Positions 9,706 through 21,300 of a DNA stretch of 64,000 nucleotides are shown one piece after another. Within the stretch, counting starts at the first letter, position 1. The number at the start of each line of letters is the position of its first letter. The translations under genes and the position numbers were made by a program. Source of the stretch: Cyanobacteria bacterium auto_48_18 (lineage in GTDB: Bacteria; Cyanobacteriota; Vampirovibrionia; Obscuribacterales; Obscuribacteraceae); contig JAVHQC010000020.1 in assembly GCA_036170915.1 (NCBI GenBank), positions 64,001 to 128,000 on the forward strand, given 5' to 3'. The notes below the pieces were generated by a model, which did no database searches, had not been told where the DNA came from, and saw nothing but the letters and a program-made list of their open reading frames with translations.

Positions 9706-11734
9706 TTGTTTGCTCCAAACTTTGTTTTTTAGTTTCGCTAGTATTAATATCGGGCGACGAATAAGGGCCTGCCAATTCAATCCGGCGCATGGATACCTTT
9801 TGATTAGCAGCGAGTTTAAGGCCGATTTGCTGTGGTTCGGTGCTCAACATATAATTTGGAAGGCCAGTCAAATCATAGGCCGATTCAGCACCTGATTGAG
9901 ATTCTTTGTCGGCACCGACGCTATCAAATTTGCTATTAGGATCCGCTTCAGTGGTGGTGTAGTTGCGTGCTACAACCTTTATTTGAGCAGCATCTTCCCG
10001 ATTTATAAGTAGTCTTAAAAACCACAAGTCGGTGTCGCTGGCAGGGCTTTGTACTTTGAAAGGTAGCCATAATATGGCTGGTTGATCAAAAGTGCGCAGG
10101 CTTGCCAGGCTGTTATAGATTGAAATAAATGGTTTTGCTCTGCTGACATTTTGCCACTGATTTCCTGCTCCAACTTGCCATCCTGAGCCCTTTAACCAGC
10201 TGGCATCGCTGAAGTTAACGAGCAGAGGAGCTCTGTCTCTAGTGTTTATTACCGGCAGCTCAACCATTTTCTGATCGCCATTAAGCCAGAGATAAATTTG
10301 CTTATTTGCTTGCAGCAAAGATGGATTGTAGTGGCCATCGCCTGATAAAAGAAAAAGATCTTGGCTTAAATCTGCCTGACAAAACGGAGGTGCCAGCAGT
10401 CGTTTTAAATTTTCCAACGAGCCTATAGGCATAACGGGGCCGCGAGCTGCTGGCAAATTGGCAAGCAACAATTTCTTGTGCATGGTTTTTAAAACCATTG
10501 CTTGTTTGCGATACGAAGCGACAACTTTACTCGCTTCGATATAAGGTTTGAGATTGAGAGTGAGCAAATAGCTCCACGAGAGATACAAACTAACCACTGC
10601 GGTAAGCCCGCCGACAAAAACAATTTTGGCCCGCTTCCTTGTGGCGTTGCCGGCCTCCAGAGCACAAATGGCAATCAATATTGATAGAGGAGCTGCGCTT
10701 AGAAATGAGTGATTGTTGACACTAAACAATATTGTCGATACTAGCCAGGTCAATAAAATTGCACAAAGTACCACAGAATCTGTTGGGCTCGAATTTATTG
10801 CTCTTTTTGTGTTTCTGGCTGCGGGTGGCTCACCGGCGACTGGACTCGAGAGTTTAAGCAGAAGCACGATTAAACTCGCACCCAGTGGCACTAGAGCGAT
10901 CAAAATATTTTTTGATGTATCTATCTGGTTGACCGGAATCAATACTTGCAAGAAAGTATTTTTGTCGATTTGAGCAAATGCACTGAGCAGGTTATGTGGC
11001 CACAAAAAATATGCGGCAAAACTGAAGAGCCAAAATGGTGCACTGCATTTGATAGCATCTAACAGCGTGTTCTTAGCAAAGGGCGGCACCGCCGGATGCA
11101 TGGCTAGCATTGTTATAACCGCAGCCAGGGTGCAGCAGTGAGCCTGACAAAGCAGGGCTACTGCTGCAAAGGCAAGCGAGAGTACGTAGAATTTGTTTTC
11201 TCCAATTAATCGGTAGCGTAAAAATAGAAAGAGCGAGACTAGATAAAACATAGAGGCCAAGATTTCCTGGCGGCCCATAATTGGTGCCAGTACTTGAGCG
11301 TGCAGTGGGTAAACTGAGAACAACAGACCAGCCCAAACGGCTGTGATGGCGCCATGGCGATTGCCCATGCGGCCGGTTAATTCAAGTGTAATTAAGCTGA
11401 CAAAAATGGAGCAAACAATAGTCAGCAAAATATTGACGCAGTGATAACCGATGCAATTGCTGTGAAAAACAAAATAGTCAATCAGGCACAGGCTCTGAAG
11501 ATTATTCTGCAAAAGAGTAAAAGAGCCGCTTAATGCGCTTGCTATGCTGGTGAGGGCTAAAGTCTCAGATCCGAGTAAGCCTATGATCAGGGTGCTTTCG
11601 AAAGCAATTGCACTTGAGCAAGCAATAAACAGAGCGCCAATGAGCATTTGTGTTTTAGTCGAAGCAAAATCAACTGATGATTTCTCCAGTTGCCTTTTTG
11701 GTGTTTCACTAGTTACTGTTTGCTGAGACGTCAT
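9692..11734 (-). CDS. Multi-TM GT-C/TMTC-like membrane protein, degenerate paralogue of upstream gene
   Basis: YHCVNILL, GLLFSVYPLHAQV...GRQEIL motifs align with neighbour; about 10-12 TMs followed by a soluble C-terminal region. Confidence 0.6.
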   Translation of the reverse strand: MTSQQTVTSETPKRQLEKSSVDFASTKTQMLIGALFIACSSAIAFESTLIIGLLGSETLALTSIASALSGSFTLLQNNLQSLCLIDYFVFHSNCIGYHCVNILLTIVCSIFVSLITLELTGRMGNRHGAITAVWAGLLFSVYPLHAQVLAPIMGRQEILASMFYLVSLFLFLRYRLIGENKFYVLSLAFAAVALLCQAHCCTLAAVITMLAMHPAVPPFAKNTLLDAIKCSAPFWLFSFAAYFLWPHNLLSAFAQIDKNTFLQVLIPVNQIDTSKNILIALVPLGASLIVLLLKLSSPVAGEPPAARNTKRAINSSPTDSVVLCAILLTWLVSTILFSVNNHSFLSAAPLSILIAICALEAGNATRKRAKIVFVGGLTAVVSLYLSWSYLLTLNLKPYIEASKVVASYRKQAMVLKTMHKKLLLANLPAARGPVMPIGSLENLKRLLAPPFCQADLSQDLFLLSGDGHYNPSLLQANKQIYLWLNGDQKMVELPVINTRDRAPLLVNFSDASWLKGSGWQVGAGNQWQNVSRAKPFISIYNSLASLRTFDQPAILWLPFKVQSPASDTDLWFLRLLINREDAAQIKVVARNYTTTEADPNSKFDSVGADKESQSGAESAYDLTGLPNYMLSTEPQQIGLKLAANQKVSMRRIELAGPYSSPDINTSETKKQSLEQTNERR

Positions 11735-11742
11735 TGGTACTC

Positions 11743-14124
11743 TTAAATGTGAAAATTCAATGGATCGCTAAAATAGCCGATGAGCTTGCCTTCTTCATCT
11801 AGTGCTGCTAGGCGCAGTTGAAAGAAACCGTGACCTTTCAGTCCAGTGAAGGTAATGGGGATGGCACTGCCTTTGAGCTTAGTCAGGGTGCCTGAAAACT
11901 GCGCTTCTTTACTCGGACGATTGTCTCTCAAGCTTCCAGTGTAATGTTCAAACCAACTATTTGGTTTCGACACTTCATAATAGACTGTTGCCGCTCCGGC
12001 CACACTACTGGCATCATAAGAGAAGGCCGCGCGCTCAGCTTGCCCTTTAGGATTGCAAATGCCGTCTACGTCTTCAACCAGGGTAATACCATCACATTTC
12101 AATATGGGGCGATGGCCAGATAGGCTGCCAAAAGCCATGCCGCTTATAGTCAGGCTTTCACCCGGGTCTAAAGCTTGTAAAGATAGAGTGATTTGAGAGA
12201 CATCACCTAGTGCCAGCCACTTTTTGTGCTCCGATACATGAAAACGCAGCAGACCATCTTTAATTTTTGTTAGAGGCAGGCTCAGGGCCGCTTTATTGCC
12301 AAAGTGAGTGCTGGCTTCTAAAACCAGTTGCGCTGTGCTGTTATTTTTTTTGTCGACAGATTTTAGCTCATCAGAGTTTATGCCAGCAGATTTTATGCCA
12401 CTACATTTGATATCTATATAATCCCAATCAATTGCCGTGATTTTAAGAATTGGCGAAAGCAGCACTCTGGTGCTATCAACTAGACCCATGGTTGGAGGGA
12501 CAGCCAAAAGCTTTGTTGCTTGCAGATTTCCTGGTGTCTCACCGCTGTGCAGTGCTACTGGCGAGAGCTGCATATTTTGCCTGTCCCAGCGAACAAACAT
12601 ATTATTGGCGTCGGCGCTTAAAAGCCTCACTCTTGAAATATTTATCAAATCGCTGTCGCCGAATGTTGCCGGCTCGAAGCTCTTTACCCTCTTATAGATA
12701 GCTTCTTTTGTCAGCGGTGGGCTTAGAAGTACCGACATGGTTGCGGCGTTGTAGAGCATATGCGCACCACGATAAGTCTGCGGTACGTTCAATAAGCAAA
12801 GTGACTGATCTGGCGGCATTTGCAAAACTCTTTCTGCTACCGCCTGGCGAAAGCGGCTCACTTCTTGCATTGCGTATGTCCAGGGTTGATTGTTGCCTTG
12901 GGTTATTAGCAACAAAATTGTGCAGAACCAGGCAGCTAAAATCATACGTAAACCATTGATTGGTCGCGCCAAAGCAGCTCCCTCTCCCGGAAAAATCAGC
13001 CAGGCGAAAATTAGAGCGATTGGAGCGGTGCCGTAATAAATCAAACGACCACCCTGCAATGAATCGGTTAAGTTCCATACTTGGTATGTGGGCAAAAGTG
13101 AAAGAGCAAGCCAGCCGAGACCAAAGGCCAGTCCGCGAAGCGCTGCCGATCTTGCTTTAAGAGTGAAAAGCAATACACTGAAATTGACCAGCATAGCCAT
13201 ATAAATAATTTTCAGTTGACCATTAAAGCTATGGCGGGCACCAAATACTTCAATGTTGAACGGATAGAGGATGCGCCAGAGCGAGCCATCTAGCCAGCGC
13301 CGACCGAGGCTCTGTGAGAGGCTTTGACCAACGGATCCTTCGTAGCCTCCAGATATGGTGCCAAGGACGATTAAGCGAAAAACAAAATAACAGAATAAAA
13401 TTATCCAGAATGGCAGCGTTTGCTTTATGGCAAGCTTCAGCCGCTCGAGAGGTTTCAGTGGTTCTTGAGTCAACAAATGAAAAAGCAAAAGTGTGGGTGG
13501 AAGAGTGACAGCCATTTCTTTTGACATCAGACCAAAGATGAAAGCAACCAGGCTGAGCTTGGCTTGCCATGATGACCATTTATCACTCTTCAGATAGAGC
13601 CAGAATGATGCCAGGCAAAAAGTTAGAGCAACACTGTCAACCCTGGCGATAATCCAGTTGACCACTTCACTATGAAGCGGATAGAGGCTAAAAATCAGAC
13701 CAGCAGCCAGGGCTAGATTTTGATTTAGCTGTACTTGCCCCGGCCTGAAAGCCGCGCCGATGCGCCTTACTAAAAGAAAGGTCAGGCAGCTTGCGGCCGT
13801 CTGATAAAGCCAGTTGGTGAGGTGGAAAACAAAAGGATTCGCACCGCCGGCCAGATAATCTATGGCTAGAGTAACTGAAATGAGGGGGCGATAGAAAGTT
13901 GTGCCCTGGGCTTGCATCCAGTTGCCCCAGAAATTGGCCAGAAGAGGTTGAAACTGCTTTGATATAGCGTGATAGAGATAATCTACATGAACAAAGTCGT
14001 CAGCCAAAAAGTAACCATTGAAACAATTGCTGTAGGCAAGCCAGTTGGCCAGAACAATGGTAACAATGGCTAAGACACTGCAAAGGCGGCTTTGTTTGTC
14101 GATGGTAAGGGCGGAAGAATTCAT
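11743..14124 (-). CDS. GT-C fold (TMTC/GT39-like) membrane glycosyltransferase with extracytoplasmic C-terminal domain
   Basis: FLADD acidic pair after TM1, FYRPL, FHLTN, YPLHSEVVNWIIARVD, LMSKE, GRLIY; ATG 14124 avoids overlap with divergent GH1. Confidence 0.7.
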   Translation of the reverse strand: MNSSALTIDKQSRLCSVLAIVTIVLANWLAYSNCFNGYFLADDFVHVDYLYHAISKQFQPLLANFWGNWMQAQGTTFYRPLISVTLAIDYLAGGANPFVFHLTNWLYQTAASCLTFLLVRRIGAAFRPGQVQLNQNLALAAGLIFSLYPLHSEVVNWIIARVDSVALTFCLASFWLYLKSDKWSSWQAKLSLVAFIFGLMSKEMAVTLPPTLLLFHLLTQEPLKPLERLKLAIKQTLPFWIILFCYFVFRLIVLGTISGGYEGSVGQSLSQSLGRRWLDGSLWRILYPFNIEVFGARHSFNGQLKIIYMAMLVNFSVLLFTLKARSAALRGLAFGLGWLALSLLPTYQVWNLTDSLQGGRLIYYGTAPIALIFAWLIFPGEGAALARPINGLRMILAAWFCTILLLITQGNNQPWTYAMQEVSRFRQAVAERVLQMPPDQSLCLLNVPQTYRGAHMLYNAATMSVLLSPPLTKEAIYKRVKSFEPATFGDSDLINISRVRLLSADANNMFVRWDRQNMQLSPVALHSGETPGNLQATKLLAVPPTMGLVDSTRVLLSPILKITAIDWDYIDIKCSGIKSAGINSDELKSVDKKNNSTAQLVLEASTHFGNKAALSLPLTKIKDGLLRFHVSEHKKWLALGDVSQITLSLQALDPGESLTISGMAFGSLSGHRPILKCDGITLVEDVDGICNPKGQAERAAFSYDASSVAGAATVYYEVSKPNSWFEHYTGSLRDNRPSKEAQFSGTLTKLKGSAIPITFTGLKGHGFFQLRLAALDEEGKLIGYFSDPLNFHI

Positions 14125-14257
14125 ATGCGCTTCTATTATATTGTTGCCAAGTGGCTCTATTGGCTTGAGAGAGCAGATTTGGTTGGAGATAATGCTTAGA
14201 ATGCTTAATACACGAGTAGGCCAATTATTTCTTTCGGCCTGAATTGGAGAGTTTATT

Positions 14258-15655
14258 TTGCTGGGTGACGGTTCGCTCAAATTTCCAGACGGTTTTTTAT
14301 GGGGCGCTGCCACCTCACATTTTCAGGTGGAGGGCCATCCTAAAGAAATCGAGTCTCGTCTTTCTGACTGGGCTCTATGGACTAACGAATCTGGTCGTAT
14401 TTCAGACAGCACATCTGCAGACAAGGCTTGCGAATTTTATCAGCGATATGAAGATGACATCGCCTTAATTCGCGACATGAATCTCAATGCTTTTCGACTT
14501 TCTTTTAACTGGCCTGCCCTTTTGCAAGAACCACCTGGCACTCGAGTGGCCCCCAGCCACCTTGATCCTGAACAGGTTGAGTATTACCGCCGCATTCTTA
14601 CCAGCTTAAAGGAAAGTGGAGTTACTACTTTCGCCACTTTGTTTCACTTCACTTTGCCCGACTGGCTGGCAGCAGCCGGCGGATGGACTTCCGCCTATGC
14701 CGTCAGTGAGTTCAAGCGTTTCACCGAGCTCTTAGTCGCGGAGTTCAGCGATCTGGTCGACTACTGGATTACCATCAACGAACCTCTGGCATACGCATAC
14801 CAGAGTTATGTCGCAGGTGCCTGGCCACCAGGCACTAAGTACGATTATCTTTCAGCTTTCAAATGCGTGCGTCGCATGTTGGAAGGACACACTGCGGCTT
14901 ACGACGCCATTAAGGCCGTCAACCCTAACGCCCAGGTGAGCTATACGCTTCACTGGCGGCCCTTCATGCCCAAAAATCCACTTAACCCACTTGATCACAT
15001 GGTGCGCTTCTATCGTGATTTTACTTTCAATCAGCTCTTCTCCAGCTCGGTGGAAAGCGGCGAAGTGAAATTTCCTTTTCCTTTAAACACCAATAAAGAG
15101 ATTATTTCCATTTCGGGTGCCATAGAGGGCTTGAAGGGTAAATGCGATTATCTGGCGGTCAACTATTACACGCGCGAGCTCTCACGCTTCAGACCGTCCT
15201 GGCCCATCGATATCTTTGGTGAAAGCTCACCTGAGACAGAGCTGGCAGTTAATGAAATTGGCTGGGAGGTTTATCCGCAAGGGCTTTTCGATTTACTTAC
15301 TAAAGATACTCTGTGCTATCAGTTTAATACTGACGGCTCGCGCCGGCCGGTAATTATTACCGAGAATGGCTATGCCAGCTTGTTTGCTGCTGATCTGGAC
15401 CAGGGCGATTGGTCTCTAGCCGATCAGAAACGGGTTGATTATCTAGAGGCACATCTAAAAGAAATGCACCGTGCCATTGCCAGTGGTGTTGACGTAAAGG
15501 GCTATCTTCACTGGTCTTTGCTGGATAATTTTGAATGGGCGGAAGGTTTAAAAGCGCGCTTTGGTTTGATTCGAGTGAGCTATCCCAGTCAACAGAGAAT
15601 TTTAAGAGCCAGTGCTAAAGTTTATGCTTCAATCGCAAAAAACAACGCTCTCTAA
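14258..15655 (+). CDS. Glycoside hydrolase family 1 (beta-glucosidase-like)
   Basis: FPDGFLWGAATS.FQVEG, TINEP (acid/base), ITENG (nucleophile), WSLLDNFEWAEG. Confidence 0.95.
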   Translation: MLGDGSLKFPDGFLWGAATSHFQVEGHPKEIESRLSDWALWTNESGRISDSTSADKACEFYQRYEDDIALIRDMNLNAFRLSFNWPALLQEPPGTRVAPSHLDPEQVEYYRRILTSLKESGVTTFATLFHFTLPDWLAAAGGWTSAYAVSEFKRFTELLVAEFSDLVDYWITINEPLAYAYQSYVAGAWPPGTKYDYLSAFKCVRRMLEGHTAAYDAIKAVNPNAQVSYTLHWRPFMPKNPLNPLDHMVRFYRDFTFNQLFSSSVESGEVKFPFPLNTNKEIISISGAIEGLKGKCDYLAVNYYTRELSRFRPSWPIDIFGESSPETELAVNEIGWEVYPQGLFDLLTKDTLCYQFNTDGSRRPVIITENGYASLFAADLDQGDWSLADQKRVDYLEAHLKEMHRAIASGVDVKGYLHWSLLDNFEWAEGLKARFGLIRVSYPSQQRILRASAKVYASIAKNNAL

Positions 15656-15745
15656 GGAATAAAACTGCTCTGGGCGCGTTTTACTTATGGAGCAACTAAA
15701 TATAAGAAGCGCTAAAATGACCATATACAAGCGAGGCCGCAGACA

Positions 15746-17713
15746 TTGAAATTTCCAGTTAAGCTCATGCTTTTATTAGCGTTTTGTTTTGCGGCAGTCG
15801 CTGCCGGAAATGGCGTGATCTTCGATACTCTTATAACTTCTGTATCGGCTCAAGCGCCTGCGAAAGACGCTGCCGAGCCCATTTATGTTACACCACATCT
15901 GGTGGCAAATACCACTGGTATCGTTGCCGGTGAAAAGTTTAAGATCGGCGTTCACCTTGATATGGCGCCAAACTGGCACACGTATTATAAAGAGCCTGGT
16001 GATGCCGGAATGAAGACAAGCATTGATTGGCAACTGCCTCCTGGTTTTAAGGCCTCTGAGCTGATCTGGCAGAAACCTGAAAAGTTTGTAGACGCTGGAA
16101 TTGTCACTTACGGTTATCACGACAAAGCGCTTTTAGCGGCTGAAGTGACTGCGCCATCTGATTTAAAAGCAGGCACCATGCTTACTTTTAAAGCGAGTGT
16201 GAAATGGTTGTCGTGCAAAGACATTTGTTTGCCCGGCAAAGGCGAAGTTACATTGCAACTGCCGGTGGTCAATAAAGGTGAGGCAATCGCCTCGCCCCAG
16301 GCAGCAGAATTCGACGCGCTCGGTAATGGTTTTACTGGCTCCGTTAAAGACTTAGAAGCTATGCCCACCAGCTCCAAAACCGGCCCTTTACCGACAGACA
16401 AAGTCTCTGTTTTAGACGCAAATTATAAAGTGGATGGCACTGCCGATGGTGGCTTGCTGGGTTTTCTCGGTGGGGCACTGGTTGGTGGATTGATTCTTAA
16501 TATCATGCCTTGTGTTTTACCAGTGATTGCTATTAAGGTGATGAGCTTTCTTGAGCAGGCGCAAGATTCACCAGCCCGAGTGCGTTTGCTGGGTATAGTT
16601 TTTTCGGCCGGCATTATTTCGTCTTTTATGGCTCTGGCAGCCCTTGTTATTGCTCTTAAGGCTGCTGGTCAAACTATTGGCTGGGGTTTCCAATTTCAGT
16701 ATCCCGGATTTTTGATCATCATGTGCGCTGTAGTTTTACTCATGTCTTTGTCGTTTTTTGGCTTGTTTTACGTCAATATTGCCGTCAACCAGGACGTCGA
16801 TAAACTCTCGCAGAAAGAAGGCATCATCGGCACTTTTTTTAAGGGTGTGCTGGCTACAGTTTTATCTACTCCATGTACGGCACCGCTGCTGGCGCCAGCT
16901 CTGGGCTTCGCTTTTGCGCAACCGGCTCATATTATCGCCGCCATATTTTTCAGCGCCGGCCTGGGCATGTCGCTGCCCTATTTGCTTTTGACTTTCAATC
17001 CGGCCTGGTTGCAAAAATTACCAAAGCCCGGAGCCTGGATGGAAAAATTCAAACAATCCATGGGCTTTATTTTGCTTGCCACCATGGTTTGGCTAGATTT
17101 CGTTTTAACTAAACAAATTGGTGCTGAGCCTGCATCTTTTGTTAATTACTGGCTTGTTGCTCTAGCCTTTGCTGCCTGGATTGTTGCTTCATTTACTGAT
17201 TTGACCAGCAGTGTTGAGCGCAAAACTAAAGTTTGGACGATTGCAGTGCTGATGGTAGTAGCAATGACCTGGCTCTGCCTCATCGCTCAGCCTCAGGTGT
17301 GGGCGGCATTGCTTAATACTCAAACGGACGATGCTCCGGCACCACAGTCGACCAGCGGTGACTATGTCAACTTCACTGTAGAAAAATTGAATCAATTGCT
17401 TTCAGAAAATAAAACAGTGTTACTCGACTTCACAGCCGACTGGTGTCAGACCTGCCAGGTGAATGAAAAGACAGTGCTCTCGAACAGCGCCGTGCAGGCC
17501 AAAATAAAGGCTCTTGGTGTTGTCTCCATGCGCGCAGACTGGACAAAACAAGATCCTGATATAACAAAACTCCTGAGCAAGTTTGGTCGCGCAGGAGTTC
17601 CGTTATATGTGATTTTCCCTGCCGGTAAAGCGCAGTCACCAATTGTCTTGCCTGAAATAATTACAGTACAACTAGTGCTCGATAGTTTGGATAAGGCCGG
17701 CAAGAGTCAATAA
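15746..17713 (+). CDS. dsbD: DsbD-family thiol:disulfide interchange protein (N-domain + TM domain + thioredoxin)
   Basis: Signal peptide, WHTYYKEPGDAG, CKDICLP, LNIMPCVLP, STPCTAP, PKPGAWM, DFTADWCQTC. Confidence 0.88.
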   Translation: MKFPVKLMLLLAFCFAAVAAGNGVIFDTLITSVSAQAPAKDAAEPIYVTPHLVANTTGIVAGEKFKIGVHLDMAPNWHTYYKEPGDAGMKTSIDWQLPPGFKASELIWQKPEKFVDAGIVTYGYHDKALLAAEVTAPSDLKAGTMLTFKASVKWLSCKDICLPGKGEVTLQLPVVNKGEAIASPQAAEFDALGNGFTGSVKDLEAMPTSSKTGPLPTDKVSVLDANYKVDGTADGGLLGFLGGALVGGLILNIMPCVLPVIAIKVMSFLEQAQDSPARVRLLGIVFSAGIISSFMALAALVIALKAAGQTIGWGFQFQYPGFLIIMCAVVLLMSLSFFGLFYVNIAVNQDVDKLSQKEGIIGTFFKGVLATVLSTPCTAPLLAPALGFAFAQPAHIIAAIFFSAGLGMSLPYLLLTFNPAWLQKLPKPGAWMEKFKQSMGFILLATMVWLDFVLTKQIGAEPASFVNYWLVALAFAAWIVASFTDLTSSVERKTKVWTIAVLMVVAMTWLCLIAQPQVWAALLNTQTDDAPAPQSTSGDYVNFTVEKLNQLLSENKTVLLDFTADWCQTCQVNEKTVLSNSAVQAKIKALGVVSMRADWTKQDPDITKLLSKFGRAGVPLYVIFPAGKAQSPIVLPEIITVQLVLDSLDKAGKSQ

Positions 17714-17735
17714 GAGTCAGTATTTAAGTCTAAGG

Positions 17736-18215
17736 TTACTTTAACTCTTTGACGATCGCCAACAGTTCGGTATTAGTCGGCATGCCTTCAACTACGTGGC
17801 GAATGACACCGCTCTTGTCGATGACAAAAAGCACTCGGCTGGCTGTGGCTTTGCCTTCGGTAACTGTGCCATAGAGTTTGCCTACTTGACCGCCTTGATC
17901 AGCCAGGAGAGGCTGCTTCAAGGTGAATTTAGCGACAAATTTTTCGTGAGAGGCCACGCTGTCGGTGGATATACCAAGCAACTGAGTGTGGTGCTCGGCG
18001 AATGTGCCCAGGTCTTCCGAGAAAGCACACATTTCTTTTGTGCATCCTGGTGTATCGTCTTTGGGATAGAACGCCAAAATTACATTTTTAGAACCGGCAT
18101 AGTCAGCCAGTTTGATGTTGCCGGCTGCTTGACCGTGAACGAAAGCAGGCAGATCAAAAGCGGGAGCTTTGTCGCCGACTTTCAAAATGCTGCTTGTGGT
18201 TTGTGGTGATGTCAT
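17736..18215 (-). CDS. bcp: Peroxiredoxin, BCP/PrxQ family
   Basis: FYPKDDTPGCTKEMC (PxxxTxxC with resolving Cys), GISTDS..SH..F; AGGAG RBS. Confidence 0.9.
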   Translation of the reverse strand: MTSPQTTSSILKVGDKAPAFDLPAFVHGQAAGNIKLADYAGSKNVILAFYPKDDTPGCTKEMCAFSEDLGTFAEHHTQLLGISTDSVASHEKFVAKFTLKQPLLADQGGQVGKLYGTVTEGKATASRVLFVIDKSGVIRHVVEGMPTNTELLAIVKELK

Positions 18216-18314
18216 GATTCTCTCCTAAATAGAGCTTTGCTTGAAGCATTCTTACAGAAGCCAGAGCAGATCTATCCATCTCCAAGCATCTATTTAGGAT
18301 TGTGTACGGAGAAT

Positions 18315-21300
18315 TTAAGTGCCGTGAATGGTTTTTTGAATCGTTTCAAGCAGTCCGTCGATTTTGCTTAGATCGGTCTGTTCAATGAATACCGCCAAAA
18401 TGCCCACTTCAACATCGGTAAGCAAAGTGCTTTTGAAGATTTCTTTGCCGTCATCTGTAGTCAGTTTAGTGAGCAATACCATTTGTTTGAGCTTGCCGAT
18501 TTCAAGCTTTTTCGTAGCCAGGTTGGAAGTAGAAAGCAACGCTGTGGAAAGCGCTCCCAACATGTCTTTATCCGAACCGGTAACTGTAGAAGCTATAACA
18601 AGGCCGTCATGACCGACGATTAAACTGCCGGCGACACCTTCGTACGAATCTATGGTCACCAGAATTTGTTTGATGCCCTCACCACGAGCAGCACTGATTA
18701 CCTTAGCTGTCGAAAGACCGCTGCCGATTTTTCTATTTTCGCCACTCTTGATGATGTTCTCGACAGCTTTAACATCAAGTAAAAGCTTGCCGATGGTCTT
18801 CATGGTGCCGACAGTTTCAGGCGCTGATTTGAGTGATCCGGAGCGGGTCGAAAGGCGGCCAAACTCTTTTACTTCTTTGTAGTTAGGACCTTTAGCATCA
18901 GAGTCTTTCTTATCTTCAGTTTTGGCAGCAGCTTTTTCTTCTGTGGCTGGTTTTTCTTCTGCTGCTGATTCGACTTTGGCTTTAACTTGCTCAGCTTGTT
19001 CGGCCGTCATCGCCGGCATATCACCTGTAGAACGAGGAGAAGGCGGTTTGGCCTCAGCTTTTGCAGCAGTTTCTGCTTTTGCTGCCGATTCTGCTTCTAC
19101 TATGGTGCCTTTAACTTTGGCCAAAGTTTCGGGGCTTACTTCCAGCTGTTTGTCATCAGTCAATTCAGAGAATAAATTGTCGAGGTCTTCGCCTAGCGTC
19201 TCTCCGAAGAGGCCTTCTTCTTGCTCGGATTCTGCTTCTGCTTCAACTTGAACCTCAGGTGGGCTGAAGTCTTCAACTTTTGCAGCGGCGGTAGCTCTAG
19301 GTTTAAGAACGTCCTTAACTTCTTTCAGAGCTTCAGGAGGTGCAAGTTCTGAGAAAATATTATCGATGTCAGAGTCGACGCCGGCACCAAATAAGGTGCC
19401 TCCCGATTCTTCGTCATCGCTAGCTTCGATATCTTCAGCGGCTTGAGTTAACGGTTCCGATTTCGATTCTAAGGCTGCTGCCAGCGCGTCACGGTCCGGT
19501 GCCGCTGCTGATAGGCCAGAAATCATGCTGGCGACGTCAGGGTCTACGTCTTCACTTTTCGTGAAAGCTTGACCCACTTCTTTTTGAGCTTCAGGAGGAG
19601 CAAGTTCTGAGAAAATATCGTCAATATCAGAGTCTACGCCGCCCTCAAATAAACCAGTGGGCTCTTCTTCTTCTTGTTCTTCAGGGGCCGTCTCGTTTGT
19701 CAGTTCACCTTCGCCATCTTGAGCGGTTTCTAGAGGTGCACTTAAAAGCGGGCTTAGTTCAACTTCTACAGTTTTAGCAAATGGGTCTTCTGCCTGGTCA
19801 GAGGCAAAACTAACAGACTCGGCGCTTGCAACTTCTTTTTGGGCTTCAGGAGGAGCAAGATCTGAGAAGAGATTATCAATGTCTTTGTCTACGCCACCAG
19901 CAAATAGTGCTTCGCCTTCTTCCTCTTGATCTTCGTCGGCAGCATTAGACTCAGCCGTGTCAAGCAAATTTGCCAGTGAAGGGGCTTCAGCCGCGGCAGA
20001 CGCCGTTAAGCGATCGCTCAGACTTGAATGATTACCGCTGGCGGTTGCTTCTGTAATTTTTGTAGCTTCTTTTGTAGCTTCCTGCGCAGCAGCTGCTGCT
20101 TCTAATGCCGCCATTTCTTTAGCTTTTGCTAGAGCTGCCTGAACCGCAGCCGATGGAATTGCACCGGTTGAGTCAGGTGTGGCAACAGCAATGCTGTCCA
20201 TAGCAGATGAACTCGAACTCGAGGCAACAGTGACTTCAAGATGTCCATCTTCTTTGAAGACCGTATCTAAAACCAGTTCAACAGGAGGTGTCAATGCTTG
20301 TGCCGGCTCTTGAACGTGGTCATCGTCCAGGCGGTCGAGCAAACTTTTCAGACTGTCAGGTTCTGCCTGAGGAGTAGTGTCGCGAACTTGTGGCGTGAGC
20401 GAGCCGGTGCCACTGGCAGAAAGTGACTGCAACTTGGTGAAAGTGCTGGTATTTCGGCGCTTCATCGCTTGCAAGCGGGTGTTCGATGCTGTAGGCGAAT
20501 CTAAACTACTGGGCGCGTTGACGGCGGCCTGTGCACTCACTTGTGGCTGCACGCTGGGTTGAGATGCGGCTTCGGCAGTGGCTTGAGGACTGGCTTGCGA
20601 AGTGGCAGTAGCGAATGGTTCGCTTGGAGTGACTGTTTTGCTGGACTGGCTTGTTGGTCTGAAACTGCCCATCATGCCGGTGGAGACACTTTCCTTAGTA
20701 TCAACCTTTTCGTCGAGCGCGGCAATTTCAAGTGGATCAAATTGTGGTTCAAAGGTTGGCTCTGGCTTCGGCGCTTCTACTGGTTGCTTGGCTGGAGGAA
20801 TATACTCGCCAGCATCTTCACCCTCGATAGCGGCCGGTTCATCGCCAATGCGGTCTAGTAGACTGGCCAAGCTTCCCGCGTCGCCTGAATTTTCAGGAGT
20901 GCGTTTGGGCATTTCTCTGGGCACTGACACAGCAGGCCCCGTGAGGGTCTGAGACGGATCTTGCAAACTGATAGCTTTGAGATTGGTCATGGTGGAGCGC
21001 AAGCTGCGTCCGTCTGCCTGAGCTTCTGCGTGCGATGCGGCTTTTTCCCATTTATTTTGCGTTTCAGGGTCGACTTTTACGGCTTTCAGGCGTCCCAGTT
21101 GGGCTTCAGCAACTTTGGCGTCGGCGAAGCTGCTCATTTGCTCAGCCTGCATCAAGTTGACTGCTGAAATCATGGCGAGAATATTCATAAAGCCGAGAGT
21201 GAAGGCGTTAAAGTGAACGAGCCAGCCATCTTGAATCAAGGCAAAGCGGTAGACTCGATCGATTTCCGTCATCACGCACAGATCGGCGATCATGCCGAAT

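Noticed and set aside
14125..14313. N-terminal extension of the 856-aa ORF
   Set aside because: Overlaps the divergent GH1 start; ATG 14124 sits just before TM1 and is more plausible
15746..18215. DsbD-BCP as a periplasmic peroxide-reduction system
   Set aside because: Genes are convergent and BCP has no signal peptide, so a functional link is unsupported
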